This document shows, in pieces, positions 42,492-51,881 of a DNA stretch of 64,000 nucleotides. Source of the stretch: a virus (lineage: Duplodnaviria; Caudoviricetes); the IMG/VR virus record IMGVR_UViG_3300043468_001158; one strand, 5' to 3'. Made by a program: the position numbers and the translations under genes. Every line of letters starts with the position of its first letter. Position 1 is the stretch's first letter. The notes under the pieces are model-generated. The model searched no databases. It was not told the origin of the DNA and was given only the letters and a program-made list of their open reading frames with translations.

Positions 42492-43412
42492 ATGGATGAA
42501 ATTTTACAAAAGTTGTTAGAAACAGACCTACTTAGCGAAGACACAAAAACCGAAATCTCAGAAGCATGGGCTGAAGCTGTTGAAGCTAAGCGTGCAGAAA
42601 TTAGAGAAGAAGTATCTTTGGAAGTTCGCGCAGAGTTAGCTGAACAATTTGTTGTTGCTCGTGAAGCATTAGTCGATAAGGTTGATGCATTTGTTACTGA
42701 ACAACTAAAACAATCATACATCGAATTGAAAAGCGATATCGAACGTTTTCGCGATTTGGAAGCTGAGTTCGCTGGTAAACTAGTTGAAGAAAAGAAAAGA
42801 TTAGCAGAAGAAGTTGAGTCTGAAATCGAGTCTTTAGTTGATAAATTGGATTCTTTCTTGGAAGTTAGACTTTCAGAAGAATTTGAAGAAATGAAAGAAG
42901 ATTTAGAAGTTGTAAAACAAAATGACTTCGGTAAACGTGTATTTGAAGCGTTCGTAACCGAATATTCAAAATCATATGTTGATGAAACTTCTATTCAATC
43001 ACAATTAAGTATTGCAGAAAGTAAATTGGCTGATGCTGAAAAACGTATGCAAGAAGTTGAAACTGAAAAAGCACAATTAGTTCGCGAAGCTAAAATGCAA
43101 GACGTGTTAAGACCACTTTCTGGTTCAAAACGTGAGCAAATGAGTTTTGTTTTACAAAACGTTGAAACTGAAAAATTAGAAGAAGCTTATGGTTACTTCA
43201 TCGGTCGTATTTTGAAAGAAGAAGCTGCTGCACCTAAATCATCCGCTACTGTCGCAAAAGACAAAGTTATTTCTGAAGACAAAGCTTTAGAAGACGCAGT
43301 CGTTCTTGCAACTGGTGATGATGAAACTAAACAGCCAATCATTTCTGAACAACAACAAAAATCTATTGCTGATTTAGCGTTCTTAAAAAGAATTGCCGGC
43401 ATAACATCTTAA
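42492..43412 (+). CDS. gp22: Prohead core scaffold protein gp22
   Basis: Acidic coiled-coil protein before the major capsid gene; GGAGGT RBS before ATG 42492; TATAAATA at 42428-42435; C-terminal LKRIAGI. Confidence 0.85.
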   Translation: MDEILQKLLETDLLSEDTKTEISEAWAEAVEAKRAEIREEVSLEVRAELAEQFVVAREALVDKVDAFVTEQLKQSYIELKSDIERFRDLEAEFAGKLVEEKKRLAEEVESEIESLVDKLDSFLEVRLSEEFEEMKEDLEVVKQNDFGKRVFEAFVTEYSKSYVDETSIQSQLSIAESKLADAEKRMQEVETEKAQLVREAKMQDVLRPLSGSKREQMSFVLQNVETEKLEEAYGYFIGRILKEEAAAPKSSATVAKDKVISEDKALEDAVVLATGDDETKQPIISEQQQKSIADLAFLKRIAGITS

Positions 43413-43450
43413 AAATAAAATCTTAATATATCTGAATAGGAGTTAACTAT

Positions 43451-44743
43451 ATGGAACTTTTTGAAAATTGGTCACAAACCAAAGAAGCTTTACTAACTGA
43501 ATTACCTGCTCATAAAAAAGCCTACATGGGCCGTATTATGGAAAACACTAAACAACAGTTGATGGAAACTGCTGCTGCTGGTGTTAACGCTGCAGGCGCA
43601 ATTGGTAATTTCCAAAAAATCATTATCCCAATGATTCGTCGTATTATCCCTGGCACTATCGCTACTGAACTTGTTGGTATCCAACCAATGTCAGGTCCAG
43701 TATCTTTAGCGTACTCATTACGTTTCCTTTTCTCTCAAAATACTGATGTTCCAACTGTTAGTTATGTTACTAATCCAGATGGAACTATTTCTGCTGTGAA
43801 CTTAACACCAGGTGCTGGTCCTGAAGACATCATCGGTGCTGGTTTAGTTGACCCAGTAACTGGTACTTATTTAGGTGCTACTGAAGTATTTGGTAACAAC
43901 AGCAAAACTAAACGTTGGTATTCTGGTGCAATCAATGCTGGTGGTATGGCTCTTGGTACTGCAGCTCTTACAGCTGACTTCGAAGCGTACGGCGGACGTC
44001 AATTGCAATTAGAAGTATTGAAACAAACTGTTACTGCTGGCTCACGTAAATTACAAGCTAAATGGACAGTTGAAGCGATGCAAGACCTTTCAGCACAACA
44101 TGGTTTAGACCTTGAAGCTGAAATCACTGCAGCTCTTTCTGCTGAAATCGTTTCTGAAATCGACAACGAAATCATCAATGACTTGATTGCTCTTGCTGGT
44201 ACTGTTGAAACTTTCGACATGAATGGTACTTTCACTGGTGTTCCTAACTATGTTGGTGACCGTCATGCAGTTCTTGGTACTTTAATCAATAAAGTTGCAA
44301 ACGAGATTGCTCGCAAAACTCGTCGTAATGCAGCTAACTGGATTGTTGTATCTCCAATCGTTGCTTCAGTATTACAATCTGCTGCAAAATCAGTATTTGC
44401 TCCAGCAGTAAGCGGTTCATTCGAAGGTCCTAACAACACCAAATTGATTGGTACTTTAAACGGTTCTATCAAAGTTTACACTTACATCTATCATGACACT
44501 GGTTCTGAGCCAATCTTGGTTGGTTACAAAGGTGGAAACGGCGAAATGGATACCGGTTATTTCTACTGCCCATACGTTCCACTTATGAGCTCAAACGTAT
44601 TGTTTGACCCTGCAACTTACAACCCACAAGTAAGCTTGATGACAAGATATGGAAAAGCTACATTTACCGATACTGCTACTTCGTTGGGCAATAGTGCCGA
44701 TTACTATGGTCGTGTGAATGTTGCAAATCTTTCATTCATCTAA
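43451..44743 (+). CDS. gp23: Major capsid protein gp23
   Basis: VGIQPMSGPVSLAYSLR, SRKLQAKWTVEAMQDLSAQHGLDLEAE, EIDNEII, FYCPYVPL, SLMTRYG. Confidence 0.97.
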   Translation: MELFENWSQTKEALLTELPAHKKAYMGRIMENTKQQLMETAAAGVNAAGAIGNFQKIIIPMIRRIIPGTIATELVGIQPMSGPVSLAYSLRFLFSQNTDVPTVSYVTNPDGTISAVNLTPGAGPEDIIGAGLVDPVTGTYLGATEVFGNNSKTKRWYSGAINAGGMALGTAALTADFEAYGGRQLQLEVLKQTVTAGSRKLQAKWTVEAMQDLSAQHGLDLEAEITAALSAEIVSEIDNEIINDLIALAGTVETFDMNGTFTGVPNYVGDRHAVLGTLINKVANEIARKTRRNAANWIVVSPIVASVLQSAAKSVFAPAVSGSFEGPNNTKLIGTLNGSIKVYTYIYHDTGSEPILVGYKGGNGEMDTGYFYCPYVPLMSSNVLFDPATYNPQVSLMTRYGKATFTDTATSLGNSADYYGRVNVANLSFI

Positions 44744-44765
44744 TAGAAATTAGAAATACGAAAGT

Positions 44766-44794
44766 AAAAAAACCCGCTTCATGGCGGGTTTTTT
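44766..44794. terminator. Intrinsic terminator after gp23 (bidirectional)
   Basis: AAAAAAACCCGC-TTCATG-GCGGGTTTTTT between convergent genes. Confidence 0.9.
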
Positions 44795-44798
44795 GTTA

Positions 44799-46346
44799 TT
44801 ACCCATCTGACAGTTCTAATTGATATTTTAGTTGTCCTGCATCCGAAATAGAATACCATCCTAGTGAGTCCCAATAATCTTTAGTGATAATATCATGTCC
44901 TAAATGAGCAGGTCTTCTAAATCCCCATCGATGTTTTCTTTCAGTAAAGTTAGTAAAGAATACGCCAATCTTAGTTTCACCTACTAATGAAAAGCCCAAG
45001 GTTTGATATACATTTTTATTATAATCAGTCCATCGCAAATCTGCCCAAGAAATAATTTTCTTTGTTGGATTATTTTTTATAAAACATGATAATAATTTCC
45101 CTGCACCACCAATAATCTGATAATCACTATGAGTTGCATAACGTAATAACTCCCACGTATTACCATCATCAATTTGGTTCATCATTATTCGAGGTCTGCA
45201 AAATGTCATTACTGCTACTAAATCAATACCAGTGAATAATCCAATTTGCACTTTAGATTTTGCTGAACCTTGAATATGATATTGATTTAGAAATAACGTA
45301 GCTTCATTTGATGAAATAATTTTAGCTTGTAATTTACGTGCAAAAAGTTTCGTTGAAACATTACAACCAATAATGTTGATGATTTTATTTTTTACTAAAT
45401 CTTTTTTTGACAACCATTCATCTTCAAAAATTTGAACTAATCTAATTCCACGTTCTTTACATAATTCATATTTTTTCCGATGCTTATACCTATCATAACC
45501 AGCTTTACTTGAATGCCAATATAAGCCATGATATTCGATAGCAATGTTTTTGCTTGGAATATAAATGTCAAGTTCTAAGTTATTCGGAAGAATACTTTTA
45601 TTATGTCTAACAATTTCAACATATTGAGACACAAAGTCAGCCAATTCTACTTCAGCTTTACTTTCTCCTTTTAGAGGAGGGAAGCAAGTATGACATAAAG
45701 TATTAGCAAATTGATGCTTTTTCAAAGTAACTAATGCAACATTCGAAACGTTATTACATGTACTGCATTTGATACTAAATCTAAAATTGCCTGATATGAA
45801 ATGTTCACTATTTTCTAAAACTTCACCCCATTCAATTTGAAGATTAGTTTCTAGTTTTTTAGCGGTTTCTTCTTTCCTTCGCTTAGCAATTTTTTCTAGG
45901 TGAGGTATTTGAAACTCCATTCTTTCATCAGAAAGTGGAGGTTTTGGATTGTTATGATAATATTCATTTAGCGCAATACTCAGTTTTTCACGATATTCAT
46001 CTGAACGTTCATGAGTTCTACCAGTATTGAAATGCTCTCCATTTTCTGCAGCTTCTTTAGATCGTTGTCCAATACCATTCTTTTGTTTATCAGAAACCCT
46101 ACCTTCTTGCCAAAGTTTTTTTGTAGTTTCAACAAGTTTAGCTTTAGTTTTAGTTTCTTCTGAATGACCTTTACCTTTTAGGGGATGATTGTCACCAGAC
46201 TTTTTTGCTTTTAGCTCTGGTGAATATCCAAATGGAGCATCATTTCCAAACTGTTCAAAGTATTCTTCTTTAGAAAAACCATGAGCTTTTAGATGTTGCT
46301 TATCAATTTTAGATAGCTTTCGGTTACATATTGGACATTCAATCAT
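44799..46346 (-). mobile_element. Hef-like homing endonuclease (Zn finger, NUMOD-like region, PD-(D/E)XK/DUF559-like domain)
   Basis: CPIC...HLKAHG; ELDIYIPSKNIAIEYHGLYWHS...IRLVQIFEDEW; C-terminal WELLRYAT...IISWADLRW. Confidence 0.8.
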
Positions 46347-46681
46347 AAAATCTGCTTTACTTTTACCGGTCGTACTTTCTTCAAATACTCTGCATAACGT
46401 TTTTCACTTTCTTCTTCGATTGCTAATTGTCTTTGGTTATACTCTTCAACTTTTTCATATGAAGTCAAAGTCTTTGCAAACACAATAGCTTCTTGATAGG
46501 TTCCTAACCATCGAGTCCAACAAAGTCCAGCATATGATACATCACCTTTAAGGTAATGATATTGTTCAATTGTAACCCAAGTCTTGAATAAACCAAAAAA
46601 CCAGTATTCAGTGTATTCGATTTGATAATATTTGCTTGCCAAGCCAAGGGATTTGATGCGAACTTCAAATGGTCTTTTCAT
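46343..46681 (-). CDS. Hypothetical protein (112 aa)
   Basis: ATGA-type overlaps on both sides; operon from the promoter at 46979-47007. Confidence 0.65.
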   Translation of the reverse strand: MKRPFEVRIKSLGLASKYYQIEYTEYWFFGLFKTWVTIEQYHYLKGDVSYAGLCWTRWLGTYQEAIVFAKTLTSYEKVEEYNQRQLAIEEESEKRYAEYLKKVRPVKVKQIL

Positions 46682-46947
46682 TTCACTAATGGCTCTTTTG
46701 AGTAAATCGATTCAAAGTATTTGTTGGTAAAGTACTTGTAAGCTTCATGGGAAATGTTTCGCATTGTCATAATAACACCGCCAGAATAATCGATGTTTGC
46801 TTCCCATTCTTGGGCTTTTTCTCGTAACAGACAATCACCAATTATACTACTTTTGTTGAATCGTTGGTCATCAGCAACAATTTCTTTCCAATCATCTTCT
46901 GTAAAGGATTCCAAAAATTTGGTCCAGGTCATCGGTTTGGTTGTCAT
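46678..46947 (-). CDS. Hypothetical protein (89 aa)
   Basis: GGGGAG RBS; directly downstream of a sigma70-type promoter. Confidence 0.7.
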   Translation of the reverse strand: MTTKPMTWTKFLESFTEDDWKEIVADDQRFNKSSIIGDCLLREKAQEWEANIDYSGGVIMTMRNISHEAYKYFTNKYFESIYSKEPLVK

Positions 46948-46978
46948 CGTAGTTCTCCCCTCTTTAGAATATGTAGCT

Positions 46979-47007
46979 ATTATAAAAGGAATAAAGTCAG
47001 ATGTAAA
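46979..47007 (-). promoter_or_regulatory. Early sigma70-type promoter TTTACA-N17-TATAAT
   Basis: Read directly on the minus strand; palindrome TGATAACTAGTTATCA at 47018-47033. Confidence 0.8.
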
Positions 47008-47023
47008 CGGTTAAAAGTGATAA

Positions 47024-47788
47024 CTAGTTATCAAAATCGACAATATGTTGATGGAGCTTCTTGAGGAACCGCTTCCAAATGCGTTGGTCAAGTCGTTCTT
47101 CTGAAGTGCCAAAGTGTGTCCAATACTTGGTGATAGATGTGCCAATGGTGTCTTGTTTGGAAGTCTCGTTCTTTAGGTTATCTATAGAGTGCAAAATTTT
47201 GTTCTTGTCATTGTCAAATCTATTCATTAGCATCTCTGCTGTATTGACAGCAAGTGCTTCAATTTCTGATGGGTTGCTAAGGTAAGGCTTTATCATCACT
47301 TCCCCTTGGTCATCATGATAGTTAGAACGTTTGATGCTCTTTTCTGTAGGAGTTCTTTGGTTTTGAACTGCATGGGTTAGTTCATGCAGTAGGATAGCAA
47401 TGGCAAGAGAAATGAACTTGTCTCGCTTAGCATCTCCAAAGTAGGTTGCTTTATTGACCAAATCGAATGGTATGTAAAACTCTAACCCACCATACCCGGC
47501 TGCGAAAGAACCAATACGTGCATGTCCGCTGTCGAAGTAAGCTTCTTTAGCCCCTTGGATGACAACAGTCTTTACACCAAACTCTTTTAGCTCTTGTGCA
47601 ATTTTAAGTTCAAGCTTTTTGATGGCTTGGATGCTTTCACTTATTTGTTCTAATGGTTTATAATGTTCATCAAAGATTTCAAGCTTACCGGAAAGCTTTT
47701 CAAGCTCTAAGCGGATGATTTTGTTCAACTTTGCTCGTATATCGGTAAGATTGATTTTTTCAGTTAGGAAGAGTTCGCGTACTTTCAT
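47024..47788 (-). CDS. Zincin-like metallopeptidase (HExxH), late-promoter gene
   Basis: ILLHELTHAVQ and YLSNPSEIEALA; MKVRELFLTE start; TAAATA at 47827-47832 (minus strand). Confidence 0.7.
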   Translation of the reverse strand: MKVRELFLTEKINLTDIRAKLNKIIRLELEKLSGKLEIFDEHYKPLEQISESIQAIKKLELKIAQELKEFGVKTVVIQGAKEAYFDSGHARIGSFAAGYGGLEFYIPFDLVNKATYFGDAKRDKFISLAIAILLHELTHAVQNQRTPTEKSIKRSNYHDDQGEVMIKPYLSNPSEIEALAVNTAEMLMNRFDNDKNKILHSIDNLKNETSKQDTIGTSITKYWTHFGTSEERLDQRIWKRFLKKLHQHIVDFDN

Positions 47789-47828
47789 TGTATGTCCAAA
47801 ATTGTGAAGTAGTTATCATTATTGTCTA

Positions 47829-47857
47829 TTTACATTTGCAACACTTCTGTATACAAT
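47829..47857 (+). promoter_or_regulatory. Early promoter TTTACA-N17-TACAAT overlapping a divergent late promoter
   Basis: The -35 box shares bases with the minus-strand TAAATA at 47827-47832. Confidence 0.75.
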
Positions 47858-48074
47858 GGTTCCATCAACTAAAGAGAGGAACCTAAAGATGTATAGCTTA
47901 ACATGTTTGAAAGATGCATTCCAATCTAATCCCAGTAACTTCAAAGTATTCAGTTTCAATGGTATGTTCATGACAACCATTCATGGCGAATGGGGAATGG
48001 CTGGAAACGAATACTACTTGAACCGTCAAATGATTTCTCGTAAAGAAATCAAAGCAATGTTGGCAGGAGCATAA
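47856..48074 (+). CDS. Hypothetical protein (true start probably MYSLTC)
   Basis: GAGGA RBS precedes the internal ATG; TAATG coupling to the next gene. Confidence 0.6.
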   Translation: MVPSTKERNLKMYSLTCLKDAFQSNPSNFKVFSFNGMFMTTIHGEWGMAGNEYYLNRQMISRKEIKAMLAGA

Positions 48075-48331
48075 TGAACTTATATTCAGACCTTATAGAT
48101 AAAGCAAAATACAACGTAAGATCATATGGGCATGGTGCATTTGGCGAACCTGAAGCTTATACTGATACATATGTCAATTCAGATAAGTTGATTGAATTGA
48201 CATATCAAGAGGTATTAGATATCCTTAATGAGCAAATAGCTCAAATACCTTTAGATGAAATCACTAGTGTTCGTCGAGGAGTTTTGCACTCTATTAGAGG
48301 AGAAATCCTTGAACGGTTGGAGTTGAAATGA
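48074..48331 (+). CDS. Hypothetical protein (85 aa)
   Basis: Coupled ORF with AGGAG RBS. Confidence 0.65.
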   Translation: MNLYSDLIDKAKYNVRSYGHGAFGEPEAYTDTYVNSDKLIELTYQEVLDILNEQIAQIPLDEITSVRRGVLHSIRGEILERLELK

Positions 48332-48567
48332 GCGTTTTAGCATATCAAAAAACAGAAAAAGAATCTCGTTTCGGATTTGATGCATTCGATGATGGGCGTG
48401 AAACTAATCACAAAATTGTCGCTCAAGATATGTCATTCATTGAAGTGTTTGACGAGCTTAATAGACAACTTGACGAGCTCAAAGAATGTACGTCAAGAGA
48501 TGCGTTGAAGGCCAAACAAATCTTATTACATGCTAAAGCTAACCTAATCAAAAACTTCAAACAGTAA
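48328..48567 (+). CDS. Hypothetical protein (79 aa)
   Basis: ATGA overlap; GGAG RBS. Confidence 0.65.
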   Translation: MSVLAYQKTEKESRFGFDAFDDGRETNHKIVAQDMSFIEVFDELNRQLDELKECTSRDALKAKQILLHAKANLIKNFKQ

Positions 48568-48728
48568 TGTGGTATCTTTATAGACGACATATGTATTCGA
48601 CTTCTATGTCGTCTGAATTGATTGGCAAGTATCGCTACAAGTGGGTAGCATTTCTTATTGCTTTTAGACGCATATCCAAATTTCATACGCTTACACTACG
48701 GTACCAAGACGATGACTACTCCTTCTGA
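48567..48728 (+). CDS. Small basic hypothetical protein (53 aa); absent from the ORF track
   Basis: TAATG-coupled; MWYLYRRHMYSTSMSSELIGKYRYKWVAFLIAFRR... Confidence 0.5.
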   Translation: MWYLYRRHMYSTSMSSELIGKYRYKWVAFLIAFRRISKFHTLTLRYQDDDYSF

Positions 48729-48915
48729 TATTGATGAAAATCGAAAAGCTCTTTTTGGCTGGATGATATTGAACAAGCTTGGTAATGATGCTGTTCATCA
48801 CGTGGAACGGGAACCATCAAAACTTCCCTTATGGAAAGAACGTGGTTATCAGTGTATCCCGGTCTATGTTACTCTCAAAGATGCTTTTGCAGTAGGTATG
48901 ACTTACAAGATTTGA
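48712..48915 (+). CDS. Hypothetical protein (67 aa)
   Basis: Start re-called to MTTPSDIDENRK. Confidence 0.55.
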   Translation: MTTPSDIDENRKALFGWMILNKLGNDAVHHVEREPSKLPLWKERGYQCIPVYVTLKDAFAVGMTYKI

Positions 48916-48938
48916 TAACTGGTTATCACAAATAGCCA

Positions 48939-48968
48939 TTTACACTTTTACATTTTGTATAGTATAAT
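48939..48968 (+). promoter_or_regulatory. Early promoter TTTACA-N18-TATAAT
   Basis: Followed by AGAC like sister promoters; palindrome TGATAACTGGTTATCA at 48913-48928. Confidence 0.7.
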
Positions 48969-49004
48969 AGACACATATTCAAACAGTATAGAGAGTAAGT
49001 CATC

Positions 49005-49352
49005 ATGATGAAAATTGTATATGATCCCAAAGAAGGTCAAGTTGTTAGTGATGCAAACATTGAAGATTTCTACAAAATGTATTGTCGGTATCTTAAGCAT
49101 AACCTGAAAATTGGGAAGACAATGAGAGTTCGAGTTGGTTCTGAACTTATTGTTCAACGCTTTCGTTTGGGTGTTGCTGAAGGTGATATCCCTGCATCTC
49201 AAATCGAGTTCTGGTTTGAAGGTAAGCAACTTGAAATGACTACATTCGGTAGCTACAACGGAATGCCTCCTAAAGGTTTCTGTGACTACTTGCAAACATA
49301 CATTATGAGAATGTCCAAAAAACGTAGAGCAAATTTAACGGTAGTTGAATGA
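49005..49352 (+). CDS. Hypothetical protein (115 aa)
   Basis: First gene after the promoter; GAGAG RBS. Confidence 0.65.
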   Translation: MMKIVYDPKEGQVVSDANIEDFYKMYCRYLKHNLKIGKTMRVRVGSELIVQRFRLGVAEGDIPASQIEFWFEGKQLEMTTFGSYNGMPPKGFCDYLQTYIMRMSKKRRANLTVVE

Positions 49353-49630
49353 ACATTACATACCACGATTTTGGATTCTTTGCTCCAATCACCCTTATTG
49401 CTGGTTGCATAATGTTGATATACATCTATCGTTATGCGCGAAAAGAATATTGTCGAAAGCGTCAAATGACATTAATGGACATTTTTGGACTTACTTCATG
49501 GTGCATCTTATCATTTTGCCCAATTCTTGGATTTTGTATTTGTATTGTAGCATCAATCAATTTGGGCATTGATAAACTAATCAATCTTTTTTCTAAACTT
49601 GAAGACATTGTTATTTTTCGGAAGAAGTAA
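49349..49630 (+). CDS. Small membrane protein (2 predicted TM segments)
   Basis: Hydrophobic stretches FFAPITLIAGCIMLIYIY and IFGLTSWCILSFCPILGFCICIV. Confidence 0.6.
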   Translation: MNITYHDFGFFAPITLIAGCIMLIYIYRYARKEYCRKRQMTLMDIFGLTSWCILSFCPILGFCICIVASINLGIDKLINLFSKLEDIVIFRKK

Positions 49631-49632
49631 GT

Positions 49633-49806
49633 ATGGCAAAACTTGACCCTAACAATTGTTGCATAATGTTTGATGAATGCTTATTCTGGGCTTTAGTCCA
49701 TGACATTATTGCACACCCGTTAATTGCACTAACATTGTATCAGTGGCAGCCAGCAATTGACTTCCATAACTGGACATCGCAAAAAGCATGGAAACGAAAG
49801 CTATAA
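49633..49806 (+). CDS. Small hypothetical protein (57 aa); absent from the ORF track
   Basis: MAKLDPNNCCIMFDECLFWALVHDIIAHPL...; fills the gap between neighbours. Confidence 0.55.
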   Translation: MAKLDPNNCCIMFDECLFWALVHDIIAHPLIALTLYQWQPAIDFHNWTSQKAWKRKL

Positions 49807-49888
49807 ATAGATATACGAGCTTATACTATTCGGTTCGTATACTTTATTGATTTTTACTTTTTACACACATTTTAGAGGTTTATACTTT

Positions 49889-50980
49889 ATGGATACTTTA
49901 GCACAACAATACAAAACTCACGTCCTTATCTCCTTAGACCATTCTGCGTCTATGCGTGGTATTGCCAAACAAGCAGCTCGCGATTACAATTCCCAAATTG
50001 CAACAATCAAACAAAATGCAATTGACCTATCGCAAAACGTAGTCGTATCATTAGTCAATTGTGGTTATGGTCGAACTCGTGAAGTTCGAACTGAATTCGT
50101 CAATGCATCAATCACTGGCCTTGCTTCCATTCCTGAACACAGTTATGAAACTGATGGTAGTGGTACTCCGCTTTACGACAGCGTCGGCGAGCTTATTGAC
50201 ATTGCAAAAAAATCTCCAGACTTTGCCGACCCAAACACTTCATTCTTGGTGTTGGTTGTAACTGATGGTGAAGAAAACAGCTCTTATAACTGGAGAGCAA
50301 CAACATTAGCGGCTGAAATCAAAGCACTTCAAAGCACTGACCGTTGGACCTTTGCTTTTAGAACTCCAAAAGGCTATGCACGTCAATTAGTCCGTGACCT
50401 TGGCTTATACGATGGCAATGTTCAAGAATGGGAAACTACTGCTCGTGGTATGGAACAATCAACAACCATTACGACTACTTCATTAGGTTCTTACTTTACT
50501 GCTCGTAGCGAAGGTAAGACTGCAACTCGTTCGTTTTACGCAGACTTGCATAATGTATCACTTGACGAAGTCAAAGCTCAATTGGTCGATATCTCATCTC
50601 AAGTCACTTCATGGTTGGTCCAAACTGAAGCTGAAGGTTCAAACATTCGTGAGTTCGTTGAACATAAGCTTGGCGACAAAATGTTGAAAGGTGGAGCATT
50701 CTACAAACTTGTTGGCGGCAAAAAGACTGCAGACAAAGTACAACAAACCAAGCTGATTATGATTCGAGACAAAAATACGAAAGTCATCTATTCTGGTCAA
50801 GCTGCTCGCGATATGTTGGGATTGCCAAAGTATGGTGATGCGAAACTTAGACCTGGCGATTTGGGCAAGTGGGAAGTATTCGTTCAATCTACATCAGTGA
50901 ATCGCAAACTGCCTGTCGGAACTGAAGTTCTTTACTGGCCTCAAGTTGGTGTTCACTTCAAAGAAGGGATTAGCGCATAA
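49889..50980 (+). CDS. von Willebrand factor A (MIDAS) domain protein
   Basis: LDHSASM (DxSxS), GTPLYD and VVTDGEENSS; perfect TATAAATA at 49802-49809; start re-called to ATG 49889 after GAGG. Confidence 0.85.
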   Translation: MDTLAQQYKTHVLISLDHSASMRGIAKQAARDYNSQIATIKQNAIDLSQNVVVSLVNCGYGRTREVRTEFVNASITGLASIPEHSYETDGSGTPLYDSVGELIDIAKKSPDFADPNTSFLVLVVTDGEENSSYNWRATTLAAEIKALQSTDRWTFAFRTPKGYARQLVRDLGLYDGNVQEWETTARGMEQSTTITTTSLGSYFTARSEGKTATRSFYADLHNVSLDEVKAQLVDISSQVTSWLVQTEAEGSNIREFVEHKLGDKMLKGGAFYKLVGGKKTADKVQQTKLIMIRDKNTKVIYSGQAARDMLGLPKYGDAKLRPGDLGKWEVFVQSTSVNRKLPVGTEVLYWPQVGVHFKEGISA

Positions 50981-51249
50981 TGAAACTTACAGCTCTTAAC
51001 GACTTATGCGATGCTATTCTAAATCACGCAAGATCATTTGACCGGGACGCTAATATGTGTGCTACAATGTATGCTCGGTCTGATAATCGTGATGATAAAG
51101 CATCATTCCAAATGTATGAGGCTAAAGCGGCAACAGTTCGTGAAGTTCATGTCTTAATGTGTCAGCACTTACATTATTTTGAATCGCTTTTGACTAAAGA
51201 CGAAATTGCTCAATTGAACAAAATCGAAGAGGACAAAAAAGCAAAATGA
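50980..51249 (+). CDS. Hypothetical protein (89 aa)
   Basis: TAATG-coupled ORF. Confidence 0.6.
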   Translation: MKLTALNDLCDAILNHARSFDRDANMCATMYARSDNRDDKASFQMYEAKAATVREVHVLMCQHLHYFESLLTKDEIAQLNKIEEDKKAK

Positions 51250-51881
51250 AATTAAGTGAAGTGTTTATAGATTGGTCAAAAATCGATATTGACCTTCAAG
51301 ATTTATCTGGGCGGTTAGGTATACGACCAATCTATAATGGCCATGTATTACGAGAAGAATATGTTTATCCTCCAGTGTGGGATGAATTTGTTCTAAACGA
51401 AATGGCTTTACCGGTAAAATGGGAACGAGCTACTGAAACAGGGCTGAATGGATTCTTTTCATCACAAGGTTTTGATTACGTTATTCATTTTGAACTTTTT
51501 CAATACAAAGTAAATGATACTTTATTAAAAGGGGTTAATGTTAGTTTTGAAGTAAAAGTAGATGGTGAATATACAACTAATCTAACTTCTGCTGGACAAC
51601 CCAATCAGGTAATAGGAACTATTCAAAACTCATTAGGTGAAAAGATTATTCATTTTGATGTTGATGTAGTATTATTTGTTGCTGTTGACAACATAGAACC
51701 TCGAATGCGACTCTATGGTAGAATGGCAGATAAATTTGCGAAAAAGTTTGGAAATGTGTATAGAGATATTATATTACCTAAAGGTAAAGCTATAGCAATT
51801 ATAGCTAGACATATACCAGAATTAAAGCAAAAAGAAATCTATCAATTAGTAATAGAGGCAGGTCAGGATAAAACTCTATGA
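51246..51881 (+). CDS. Hypothetical protein with MKLSEVF-type leader (possible head cargo)
   Basis: ATGA overlap, GAGGA RBS; leader contains VLREE and VLNE. Confidence 0.6.
   Translation: MKLSEVFIDWSKIDIDLQDLSGRLGIRPIYNGHVLREEYVYPPVWDEFVLNEMALPVKWERATETGLNGFFSSQGFDYVIHFELFQYKVNDTLLKGVNVSFEVKVDGEYTTNLTSAGQPNQVIGTIQNSLGEKIIHFDVDVVLFVAVDNIEPRMRLYGRMADKFAKKFGNVYRDIILPKGKAIAIIARHIPELKQKEIYQLVIEAGQDKTL

Noticed and set aside
47018-47033. Palindrome as a Fur or FNR box
   Set aside because: Spacing and bases (TGATAAC-N2-GTTATCA) fit neither the 7-1-7 Fur box nor TTGAT-N4-ATCAA.
49889-50980. vWA gene as the Ro60/TROVE partner of the Y-like RNAs
   Set aside because: The vWA domain is N-terminal and there is no preceding helical TROVE ring; the protein is too short.
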